Part shown: positions 36,805 through 48,080 of the stretch, piece after piece
Position numbering within the stretch: the first letter of the stretch is position 1
Layout of the letters: every line of letters starts with the position of its first letter
DNA from: Podarcis muralis
Taxonomy: Eukaryota
Direction: 5' to 3'
NCBI RefSeq assembly: GCF_964188315.1
Contig: NC_135663.1
Coordinates: 52,576,001 to 52,640,000 of the forward strand
Length of the DNA stretch: 64,000 bases
Notes under the pieces: model-generated
What the model saw: the letters and a program-made list of their open reading frames with translations, nothing else
Database searches by the model: none
Told to the model about the DNA's origin: nothing
Position numbers and translations under genes: made by a program

Positions 36805-37154
36805 GTTAAAGGTATCCCTGACCGTTAGGTCCAGTCGCAGACAACTCTGGGGTTGTGGCGCTCATCTCGCTCTATAGGCTGAGGGAGCCGGTGTTTATCC
36901 GCAGACAGCTTCTGGGTCATATAGCCGGCATGACTAAGCTGCTTCTGGTGAAACCAGAGCAGCGCATGGAAATGCCGTTTACCTTCCTGCTGGAGCAGTA
37001 CCTATTTATCTACTTGCACTTTGACATGCTTTCAAACTGCTAGGTGGGCAGGAGCTGGGACTGAACAACGGGAGCTCACCCCGTTGTGGGGATTCAAACC
37101 ACCGACCTTCTGATCGGCAAGCCCTAGGCTCTGTGGTTTAGACCACAGCACCAC
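36805..37154 (-). mobile_element. Sauria SINE
   Basis: Perfect 15-bp TSD CAGACTGAGAGTAGA (36790-36804, 37155-37169). Confidence 0.95.
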
Positions 37155-38295
37155 CAGACTGAGAGTAGATGCATATAAATCAATGGAACTTAAGTTGGTC
37201 GTGAGTAACTCAAATGATTTGATTCTAAGAATAACTAAACCTGGCTCCAACCCATTATGATTAGTTGTGTGGGCTATGGCATTACACCAATGATGTATGT
37301 GTGCTAGAAAAGTGCTGGAAGTGATTAGAAATATTTCAAAGTGGTCAGCTATGCAGATAAACAACTACACCCTTTGTGAGGCCACAAACCTAGTCACCCA
37401 ATGGGTGAGCAAGTTCTAAACATCAGCCCAGGGGTAAGATGAGCATGGCAGAAAAGCAATGGTTAACATCCTTCCTTCTGATCATTTGACACACAGATAT
37501 ACCTGCCATCTTCTGACCTCATAATTCTAAGAGGTGTTGACTTAATGTGAGCTCTTTCACAAAGGCAATATTTAAGAAGAAAAAAAATACACCAAGCAGG
37601 AAAGGACAAAGTCTGAGCAGATTTTTATTTACAGTTGTAAAACAGATTTAAAAATAAATATTTTTACGGGCACATTACATAAACTTTTCTTTTTACACTT
37701 TCCCCTGCAATTAAAAATGGATCAGTAACAGGGCAACTCGGGCTAAAGAATTACTTTAGACATTTACACCAAGCAAATACATACACAAAAATTATCAACA
37801 TTGTTTATGCTTGAATGTGCGCTGCACTCTGTTATCTACATGGGGGAAAGGAACAAGACAAGTTTTGTCCTAAGTTTGCACATGCGTTTCTACTATATTG
37901 CAGCCAGAGGTTAAAATTTCAGCTAGGTCAGGTCAAGCAAAACATTGGGGCTTGTGGGCCATCTATCTGGCAGTTTCAGGGTCCTGGGAATATTCATGGA
38001 TGGGGGAATCATTTTGTAACTTGCCAATTTTCCCCCATAGGCACATAAGTGTTGATAAATTCAGCTGGAACAACTGTCATATTATGGCAGCACACATTCT
38101 GGTAAGCAAGGAATGTACTCAGCCGTCAAGGATAAACACCAAAGTTCACTGGGTAGAAATTCTTATTTTTGCTTGTTCTTCTTTAACTTCTACAGCACTG
38201 CTCTAGAAATGATGACTTATAACACCCCTCTGATAGGAGTAGCGGCTATTAAGTTAGGTTATGACTTATGCTGATTAGATGAATGGTTAGATTTA

Positions 38296-38757
38296 CTTTT
38301 TTTTAAAAAAAACCCTATTTTTATTAAAGATTTCTTGGTTTACAAAAGTATGTGCAATATCTCTTTTTCAAGTTACATTTTCTACATATCAGTTTCATTT
38401 GCTGAGACATTAGTGTTGCATTAGGAAGAAAAGGGAGAAAGAGGTGGAGGGGAACATGGCGAGTGGGGGTGAGGTGGGGTGGCAATGTTTCTATTCTACT
38501 TGATGTATGTGTGGGGTTTTGTTTCAGCGTCGCTTGTGCAGGTTCTTTTTGCTATTCGCTTGTGTTCCTTTGGTGGTGAGAGAGGTTGGGGTTGGCCTAG
38601 GGTGTGTTTGTTTGTTTGTGATTGGCTGTGGTGAACTTTGTATTCATGTGTGAGTGGGATGGGTGGGTGTTTTTGAATCAGGTTAGCCAGATTGATTCAA
38701 ATGCTGTTGGTGGATTCTTGTCATTGTCTTGTTGGGCTGTGTATGTGATAAAGAGGA
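38296..38757 (-). mobile_element. L1-like 3' end (ORF2 terminus, 3'UTR, AATAAA and A-tail)
   Basis: Minus strand reads FITYTAQQDNDKNPPTAFESIWLT* followed by a pyrimidine/AC-rich UTR and AATAAA near 38330. L1 attribution is from recollection. Confidence 0.55.
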
Positions 38758-38760
38758 ACT

Positions 38761-39107
38761 TGTTGTTTAGTCGTTTAGTTGTGTCCGACTCTTCGTGACC
38801 CCATGGACCAGAGCACGCCAGGCACTCCTGTCTTCCACTGCCTCCTGCAGTTTGGTCAAACTCATGCTGGTAGCTTCACGAACACTGTCCAACCATCTCA
38901 TCCTCTGTTGTCCCCTTCTCCTTGTGCCCTCAATCTTTCCCAACATCAGGGTCTTTTCCAGGGAGTCTTCTCTTCTCATGAGGTGGCCAAAGTATTGGAG
39001 CCTCAGCTTCAGGATCTGTCCTTCCAATGAGCACTCAGGGCACTTCAGAATGGATAGGTTTGATCTTCTTGCAGTCCATGGGACTCTCAAGAGTCTCCTC
39101 CAGCACC
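38761..39107 (-). mobile_element. BovB 3' fragment (347 bp)
   Basis: Colinear with the 3' end of the 16.5-kb copy; 11-bp TSD AAAGAGGAACT (38750-38760, 39108-39118). Confidence 0.95.
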
Positions 39108-40520
39108 AAAGAGGAACTATTGCCACATAAATGCAGGTGTACCTTTTGGGTCTTTAAGAGAAATGGCAGTCCTAATTCCTAGAGGAATGCCCCTTTGGAG
39201 TATGTATTCAATATACTGTGTCTTGGTCACCATAATCAGCTCCACCCCAATTCAGAATCATCGGCTGCTCCCAGTCTATTCACTGGATCCCTTTAATCCC
39301 TTCATGATATTTCAGTCTGCTCTGCTTATCTAAGTCAAGCTCACTGTATACTGTCACTTTCAGTGTATATTATCACTGCATAATATTACTATAAGGGAAA
39401 TCAGCACAGTCATATTAGATGGAACGTTATTTGTAGGCACAGCCCCATTAGCATCAAGTTTCCATCTACTCTCTTGATTAGCCACTGAATTTTCATTTTA
39501 ATGTTTTGCCACAGAAAGCTTATTGTATGAACAATGAGATGAGTAATGAACATCCAGCATTTCCAGCCAGACAGTTGCAGAATCAATATCGTTTATCTGA
39601 TTCTGATTGCCGTGTTTTCTCTGCAGACGTTTAGAACTCAGTCTTCAAACCAATCTTGAAATGCCAAGCTTCTGTTAATTAGAAACAATTTATCTTAATT
39701 AGCACGGGGAATGGTTCTAACTAGAAATAAATTATTTCGGCACACATAAAAAGCAATTTTTGTTGAATGCGGATGTTGATTTAAAACACCAACTGGGAAC
39801 TTCAAAGGTAAGGGAGATGAACCTCTTCCGCATAGGTCATCTCAAGCAATCCAGGTGTTGCAGCTGAACTTTTTAATACACTATATTCTCTCTCAATCAT
39901 GACTGTGGTTCCCTTGCAGAAAGTACCTGAGCATGTCTCACTGCTCATTAACTTTTAATAAACAAAAGCCAAAGTCCTAAATGCCCTTTCTTGATGTGTT
40001 TCCCGCCTACTTGTAAAATGCATTGGATTGCTTTGTCTGCATTCAGAATCGACAAGCAGTCCCTGAAATCTATGAACTGTATACAGCTTTTAACATTTCA
40101 CAGGGGAGAATTGGCATAGCTGCACTATGAACTTCTATGACTTTTGTTCCCGTTAACTGCCAAGGCATTGCCTCCATTGATAATGCTGGGGATATACTAA
40201 GGATTCTATATTAAAGATAACTGATCCAGCTGCAGAATTACAATTAAAAAGTCTGGGGAGGGGGTTGCAATATTAAATAGTTGTGCATCTGCTTAGGTTC
40301 AGCAAGTCATGAAAAGCTGGGTGTCTGGCCTCTTTGTTTTGGTGATATACATTTTGAGCATGGGTGGTGCCAAGACTTTATATACTTGAGATTTTATCCA
40401 CACAGCAGTTGCTCATGTTCTGACCTTGATGCTGTTGTGCTAGTATTCACTGTATAACTTTCATTTTGTGCTAAAGATGCAGCCAGATAGATAGATAGAT
40501 AGATAGATAGATGATAGATA

Positions 40521-41043
40521 ATCCAGACTAATCCAGAATGTGGCATCTAGACTGGTGACTGAGAGTGGCCGCCGAGACCACATAACACCGGTCCTGAAAG
40601 ACCTACATTGGTTCCAGACACAATTCAAAGTGTTGAATAAATATCATTTTTTTAAAAAAAATCAAAGTGTTGGTGCTGACCTTTAAAGCCCTAAACGGCC
40701 TCAGCCCAGTATACCTGAAGGAGCATCTCCACCCCCATCATTCTGCCCGGACACTGAGGTCCAGTGCCGAGGGCCTTCTGGATGTTTCCTCAATGTGAGA
40801 AGCAAAGTTACAGGGAACCAGGCAGAAGGCCTTCTCGGTAGTGGCACCTGCCCTGTGGAATGCCCTCCCATCAGATGTCGAAGAAATAAACAGCTATCAA
40901 ATTTTTAGAAGACATCAGAAGGCTGCCCTGTATAGGGAAGCTTTTAATATTTGAGGAATCGTATTTTAATATTCTGCTGGAAGCCACCAGAGCGGCTGGA
41001 GAAACCCAGCCAGATGGGTGGGGTATAAATAATAAATTATTAT
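40521..41043 (+). mobile_element. L2 LINE 3' fragment inserted in a (GATA)n array
   Basis: Begins IQNVASRLVTESGRRDHIT; same family as 25852-26716; (GATA)n on both sides. Confidence 0.9.
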
Positions 41044-41613
41044 GATAGAGATAGATAGATAGATGATAGATAGATGTATTGTTCTGGTGTATATTTTTTA
41101 ACTGCTATTAATATTGTTTCATATTGTTGTAATCAACCCTGGGACTTTATGATAAAGGGTAAATAACATATCCAACAGATAGGTGGATAAATAGATCACA
41201 TTACCTATACACAATGTGAGATGTCTACTGTGCTAACAGTTTTCCTTGTTAAGGAACTCAGCCAGCTTTGGTTTTATGCACAAGGCTGAACGTGATATTT
41301 CCAGGAAAGGAAGTAAGAGGCCTTAATACACAAACTGCACAGCCTATTCTGTTCCTGCATATGCCATCATTCACTCATATAGATGGGTAAAATACCTAAG
41401 CAAGCTGAAGCTACCTGAGCATACGAACAATGAACTTCATATGCACATCACATTTGAAATAAGAAACTTGAAGACACACCCAAAGTCAACTGATGTCTCT
41501 GCGTGTTTTGCAAGCATTGCAATCTTACTTGATCTTCAAGTTAGCATCCTATTTGCATAAAATCATTTGCAATCTGTGCAAGGGTGCTTTACATGAAATC
41601 TGTTTCCAGGCCA

Positions 41614-41619
41614 CTTGAC

Positions 41620-41663
<44 letters not shown>

Positions 41664-41744
41664 TCTTTGTTCCCTTACTTGCACTCCTCCAACCTTGACT
41701 AAATAATAATAATAATACTTTGTTCCCTTACTTGCATTCCTCCA
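41614..41744. repeat. Local tandem duplication containing (TAA)n
   Basis: CTTGAC-(TAA)n-CTTTGTTCCCTTACTTGCA(C/T)TCCTCCA occurs twice. Confidence 0.9.
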
Positions 41745-43469
41745 CCTGTTAAAACACTAAACATGCCTCAGTTACTATGGAAAGCACCATAATGGTTCAG
41801 TTCATCCTTCACTGGAATATCTCTGGAATTTCTGAATTCATTTGTTCTGTTTCACATACCTTATCCGTAAAGGGTATGGGGAGAGAGGGGTACACAGCTT
41901 AAACTATTTCCCCCCAAAGTGTTAATTGCAATGTTTTGAAATCTATTTCCTGTGGATTTGTAGCAGTTCCAACCAACGTTTTGCTGAGAACTCAGGTGTA
42001 CATTTCTCTCCTCACAAGACAGGTTGTTCAGGCAGCCATGAAAGAGTCTGGTAAGTAAAACTTGTATTAAGTTGCATTCATTTGAAGACCATTTGTTAAA
42101 AATTATGGAAAATTGATAAAAAATATTTGGCAAAAAAGAAATAGCCTGGTAAGCTTTATTCCAAATCAGGCCTGAGGGCCATATCTTTGGTTAGGGAAAT
42201 TGTGTGGCTGGCTGTGAAGTGAGGCTCTCTCCTCTACCTGTCTCCTGCTTGCTTCCCTCATTGCTTAGCCTGCTCAAGGGCTTTCGAACCTTGCTCTCCC
42301 AAGTCCACAGAAATAGAGAAATGGAGGGCCACCTCCTACCATCTTTAAAACCAGGCTGTGGAATCCACACATGGGCCCACAGCTGACTTCTCCCATCCTC
42401 TTATGAGACGTCTTGCAAGGCAAGATGTGATGTCCCCATCAGCAAGGCAACAGAGTGCTATCCTAGTCACATGGACTCACCTGATCACAGACATGGCTTA
42501 GAATCTGGTCTGTTTTTCCTTATTTCCGTGGCAGTGTGAAGTGTTGGACTCAGCCAGTGAGAGAGGTGCAGGAAGGCTGGATAATAATATTTAAAAGATC
42601 ATATGGGATTGATGTAGAGCACAGGCTGTAGTTTGTCCAGGCCATCACTGATTTAAATACTTATTTTATTTATTCATCAGTGTCAGCACCAGCATTAGTA
42701 TCTTGTTTCAGCCATTTTAATAAAATCATACTTTGCTCTGAATACTTTCTCTGCATTTTCCTGAGTCCATGAAGAATTGTACAGAGATGACAATGTTGGG
42801 GCTCATGCAGAGCTTCTGAATTGTTTTGTATTGTATTGGATGGAGGTAAAGGGTAGACTAGTTAACAACAACAACAACAACAGCCTTTTTGCATCCTTCA
42901 GGATCTGTGTCTTGGGATTAAATTGAAATGTAAGTAAATATGGCTTATTACAGTAATTAGAGATACACCAAAAGGTTTTGGGAGTGTTTCCTACAGAACA
43001 ATTAAGTACCGGTAATTAACCACTGGCAATTAGTGGTAATCCTTTATGCTACAGGTAATGATTTTAATTCAGCCAGACTGCACAGACAACCAAGGGAGCA
43101 GGAAATATTTTCACTTATACAACTAGGAACTTGCAGATCACATGCATTCGGTCAAAATATACTAAAAACAATGTTTACTCTTTCTGCAGAATCCAATTTG
43201 GCATAATAATTGCACTAGAACTGTATATCGGAGGACACTAAATGCACACTAAGAGAAGCCAGTGATGCTGTGAAGACAAATGGACAATCCAAGTAAAGTT
43301 AAACACATTGATGGGAGAGTTATGTAAGACTGCATTTCATTGCATGGAAGCAGTGGGAAATCGCCACATCTGGTAAGTGTGCAACACAGCAAAATATATG
43401 AGTGTGCTAATTGCCTGTAAAAATATGCAAGCATGTTTTTTTTCTTATTTTATTTATAAAAATATGTAT

Positions 43470-44060
43470 ATGCCACCAAGTTATATTAAGGTGCTGTACA
43501 ACAACATATATAAGTGCAATAAAACACATAAAATCATAAAAAAAATCATCATTAAAATGCATGGCCAATTAAGTACATTTAAATAGGTGTGTAGAACTAC
43601 CAACATAAAAAGGTCCTGAAAATAAGTAGCAGGATGCCTGCTAAATTTCTGCTGGAAGATTATTCCATGGCATGGAACTTGTGAAAAGAAATGCTGGGCG
43701 TTTTGATGAAGTCTGTTAGGTTTCTGTAATGCAGGGGGCAATTAACAGCGCTCCTGCAAATGATCTCAGCAATTGGGCAGTGATAGGAGGAGTCAGGCAT
43801 TTAAAAAAAAAAAAATGGAGCCAAGTTGCTCAGGGCTTTGTATATTAACACAAGAGCCTTTAACCTGGTCCAGTAGCATAGGGACAGCCACTGCAGATGT
43901 TTTAACAGAAGTATTAACATGCTGCTGACCATTGGTCCCAATCAGTCTAGCCACTGCATTCAGCACTGGGTGGAACATCAGGACCAAGGACAGACCCACT
44001 AAAACACATTGGAGTAATTCAGTCTTTAGGCTACCAATGCACTGACTGCATGTTGCGTAT
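43470..44060 (-). mobile_element. Old L2 ORF2 C-terminal fragment
   Basis: Minus ORF 43793-44101 (TELLQCVLVGL...LNAVARLIG...HVNTSVK) is a decayed match to SRLDYCNALYVGL...QNAAARLVTG...HITPVLK. Confidence 0.7.
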
Positions 44061-44113
44061 GCATTCAACTGAAGTGACTGTGTAACATTTGAATCGACCA
44101 ATTACACTTACAC

Positions 44114-44116
<3 letters not shown>

Positions 44117-44166
<50 letters not shown>
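44117..44166. repeat. (CA)n microsatellite
   Basis: About 24 units. Confidence 0.95.
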
Positions 44167-44167
<1 letters not shown>

Positions 44168-45196
44168 TGTGCACATATGGGATGGTTTCACTCTGCAAAT
44201 CCATATATCATCCTTTCATTATTTGCATATAGAGGGGCTCCTATACGAGCTCCCTTCTCTTTCCACCCACTTTGCATAGTGGAATACTTTGGAGTATTGT
44301 GGGTGGGTGGAGGGGTAGATACTGTGTTCTGAACAGATAGAATCAGGTCTCAGACTGGGGCCTCTGACTGCAATAAAACCATAGTCCGATGTTTTCATTC
44401 TAGCAAAATTTAAGATGATCCCTTATCCCTTATTCTTAACCCATGTGACTATATGGATGTTTCATGGAGCTATTCCCTCTGCTTAAATACAACTCCTAGC
44501 TCTGCTTTTTGCAGACAACGGATCAAGATTTCAAGACATAGTGGACCAACATCTCCCAGTGTGTTTCAATGATGGAATTTTTTAATGCTGTACTTGGCAC
44601 CTCTCAGCAGGGTTAATGTAGTAGAGACAACTTCCCAGTATTGGACAGATCATGCTTCATCGCATCAAAATCTAACAAGGGTTACATTGCCAGATTTGTA
44701 CTTTCAGTATTTAATCAGAGACAAAAGAGTTATTTCCAAGTTTTGCTTTGCCACAGAGAACACAAAAGCAGGGTTTTTCTTTTTCTTTTGTCTTTTTCTC
44801 TACTTCAAAGCTTTAGGAGAAGAAGATGGGAGCTGTACTTTAATGACCTTCTGGAAGGAATTCAGAATCTGAAGCAAGAAAACAAATTAGGTTCTGGCAT
44901 ATTTAAAAGTTGCAAAGGGTTAGAACAGAGGAGCAATGCCATCTAATCCTGTAGGCCAGCCTTTGCCAACCCTGTAGCCTGTTTTGGAACACAACTCCTA
45001 ATAGTCCGACACAACACATCCTGGCTGGGACTGATGAGTTGTAGTCCAAGACATATGAAGGCTACTAAGTTGGTGTAGGCCCCTGTAATCCAGAGATGTG
45101 ACACATGCATAACCTTCAACATTCCTCAGATAGAAACAGGGACATTTCTCACTCCCCTCCAACTAACCATCCTTGGCCCCCCATTTTCTGTGTCTC

Positions 45197-45682
45197 TGTG
45201 GCGTTTGCCCTCCTAGGTGTGTGACATCATACTAGGTTCATACGGAAAGGGTTAACTCATTGTAAAATGACTAACCAATGGGAACCCAAGAGTTAGAGTT
45301 AGAGTTAGGGTGGAGAAGACAGCCTGGAGTTAGAAGAGACAGAGAAGATAAGTCTGTGGGTTGGGCTAGTCTGGTGTGAGGGGGAGAGAATTTGTTAAGA
45401 GGAGTCAGTCAAACAGTTGAGATAATCGGTCAGAAGGTATTAGGAAGGTATAGGCCGGTAACGAAACTAAATTTAAGATACTGACAGGAATATTATCTGA
45501 GAAACCATAAGCTTGTTAATTTTTGTAAAATAAAATTGTTTATTTGGTTCACTTTTAACAAATGTCTGGACTCAGTGTTTTACCCGAGAGTAATGGGTTG
45601 GTGGCAGTGGGGAAGCAAGCACAGTGGTGGCACAGGGTTCAATAGACTGTTAAACGTTCGGGGACCCTGTGTGATCGCCACA
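45197..45682 (+). mobile_element. Solo LTR (486 bp)
   Basis: Perfect inverted termini TGTGGCG...CGCCACA; perfect 5-bp TSD GTCTC (45192-45196, 45683-45687); CCAAT near 45275; AATAAA near 45527. Confidence 0.88.
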
Positions 45683-46299
45683 GTCTCCCTCCACCAACAG
45701 AGCATTTCCTATCAGAAAGAGGCCAAATGCCACCACCGCTGCTCCAGCGAGACACAGCATACATTCCCTTTACCTGAGAAAACCCTTTAGTCCTGATTTT
45801 ATTTTATTTTATTCTGTGGGAGATTCACAAAAAGGACAGACAGACATACAGATGAATAAATTTTAGAAAGGGGCAGGATTAGACATGGAGGCACAAAGGA
45901 CAAAAAGTCAAGACTCCTTGTGCTCCGCCCTGCTCCACTCCCCCTTTCTGCCTGCCCCTCAGAACTGGTGCAATATGTGGCTTGTTGTTGTTGTTGTTGT
46001 TGTTGTTGTTATTATTGAATAGGACGTCCCCATTTTCATCAGATAAATGTTGGAGGGTATAATATCATTCCTCCCCTCCAAAAACCCTGTTATCAGCAGC
46101 ACCAATACTAAAACAGAGTAAAAATTAAGGAGCATTTAAAAGATGTCAGCTAGCCTGTGCTCAAAGTCCTTAAGATAACAGTACTTTTTCTAGTATTAAA
46201 ACTTCGATACCAAAGGAAGGCGCCAAAGCTTAAAAAAGAAACCTTGTTCTCTGTTCCCCACAGCCTTTCATTATCTGAGTTTGTGGGAAGGTAAGATAA

Positions 46300-46651
46300 G
46301 GGACATGGGTGGCACTGTGGTCTAAACCACAGAGCCTAGGGCTTGCCGATCAGAAGGTCGGTGGTTCAAATCCCCGGGATGGGGTGAGCTCCCGTTGCTC
46401 GGTCCTTGCTCCTGCCTACCTAGCATTTTGAAAGCACGTCAAAGTGCAAGTAGATAAATAGGTACCGCTCCTTTGGGAAGGTAAACAGCGTTTCCGTGCG
46501 CTGCTCTGATTTGCCAGAGGCGGCTTAGTCATGCTGGCCACATGATCCAGAAGCTGTACGCCGGCTCCCTCGGCCAATAAAGCAAGATGAGCGCCGCAAC
46601 CCCAGAGTTGTCCGTGACTGGACCTAACGGTCAAAGGTACCTTTACCTTTA
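46300..46651 (+). mobile_element. Sauria SINE
   Basis: Full head GGGACATGGGTGGCACTGTGG through tail CCTTTACCTTTA. Confidence 0.93.
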
Positions 46652-47859
46652 AGGTATGTATGCATGTGTTGGGTGGTGCTGGGGAGTCACTTTGTCTTTG
46701 TCTTAATCCTTTAAGGAGAGGGTAGCAAAAATGGCACTTTCCAGAACTTGCTACACTACAACTCCTATCATCCCTGATCCTGACCATTGGCCATGCTGAC
46801 TTAGCATGGCATGAGTTGGAGTCCAAAAACATCAGACGGGCACCACTTTGGCTGTCCCTGTCTTAGAGTCCTAAAGGATAAAAAACATTGAATTTGGCCT
46901 CCAAACTAACCTTATTAACAACAAAGTAACTTAACTTCAGGTGGAAAGCTACTGCTTATCTGCAGCATGTTGCTACTCTATAAACCTTATTTCACTGAAG
47001 GAAAATGCCATGCTAGACTTTGAACTGCCTGGGAACTAATTAATTTTCAGTGTATTCAACTGCATTAAAAGTGAATGTGATTGCCATCTGAAAACAACTA
47101 AAGTGGAGCATTTTTAATTTAAAAATCCAGAAAGAAGTAGCCAAAGTTGAACTGCATCCGAGCGAGTATATGTCTTATTTATGTAGGTAATTTCCATTTC
47201 CATTAGCTGATAAATACGAAATAAAATGTGTAAAGACACAGAGAGAGTGAGCACTTCACTAGAGGTTAAAAAAGAGATGGCAGCAAAATTGAATTGGCAG
47301 TATCACCAGCCAGAACTTGAATAGAAGTGCTGCAAGCTAAAGGAACTATTTGTTAGGGTAGCCTCCAAACTATTTGAAAAAGTTACTTGTGTTGATGTAT
47401 GCAAAGTTTGTGGCAGATCCATTCCTTTTTCCTGGCCAGGATTTCAGAATACCCTAATCACAGACCTATCTACCCCAATATTTATACAAGGGGTATTCTG
47501 GAAGGGGTATACTGGAAGTAGTTTAATAAAATTAAACTATTTCTGTTAAGCCTAGTCTGAAGCCATAAGCTAATTTCCAAGAGTCCCAATTTTCTGCACA
47601 CAACAATGGGTTTTTTGGAATCTGTGTATAGGAGAAGCAAGACGAAATAGGCAATGGGGCATATCAGTGATTTCCCAACTTTTTACCACCAGGGAATGCT
47701 TTCTGCATGGTTTTCTTTTTCCAAGGAACCTTTTGCATTGTTGAACCCTATGATGCACAGTCAGTAATCAAAGAGTGTTGAACTTCATTCTTGCCATTTG
47801 TAAATGGAGTGCACCTCAGGACATAACCAGCACTTTGCTGAGTAAAATCTGTGCTAATG

Positions 47860-48080
47860 AAGCTGAATGTTGGAAGATTCTGGGCAGATAAAATAAACTA
47901 TTTCTTTGTGCAGTGCATAGTTAAGCTATGGGACTTGCTTTCTCAGGAGGCAGCAATGGCTCCCAATTTGCATGCCTTTAAAAGAGGGTTAGACTAATTC
48001 ATGGTGGCTAAGATCAATGGCTGCTAGCCCTGATGGTTGATCAGAGTCAATAAAGCTTCTGAATGCCAGTTGCTAGAAAC
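47860..48080 (+). mobile_element. Old CR1 3' fragment
   Basis: TTTAAAAGAGGGTTAGACTAATTCATGG...ATCAATGGCTGCTAGCC is the sense-strand counterpart of the 4920-5240 fragment. Confidence 0.6.

Noticed and set aside
42019-42056. Micro-exon candidate with CTG|GTAAGT donor
   Set aside because: Ambiguous acceptor, very short, no recognisable peptide; expected by chance in 64 kb.
45290-45310. Telomere-like (GAGTTA)3GGG
   Set aside because: Three variant units inside an LTR; too short for an interstitial telomeric array.
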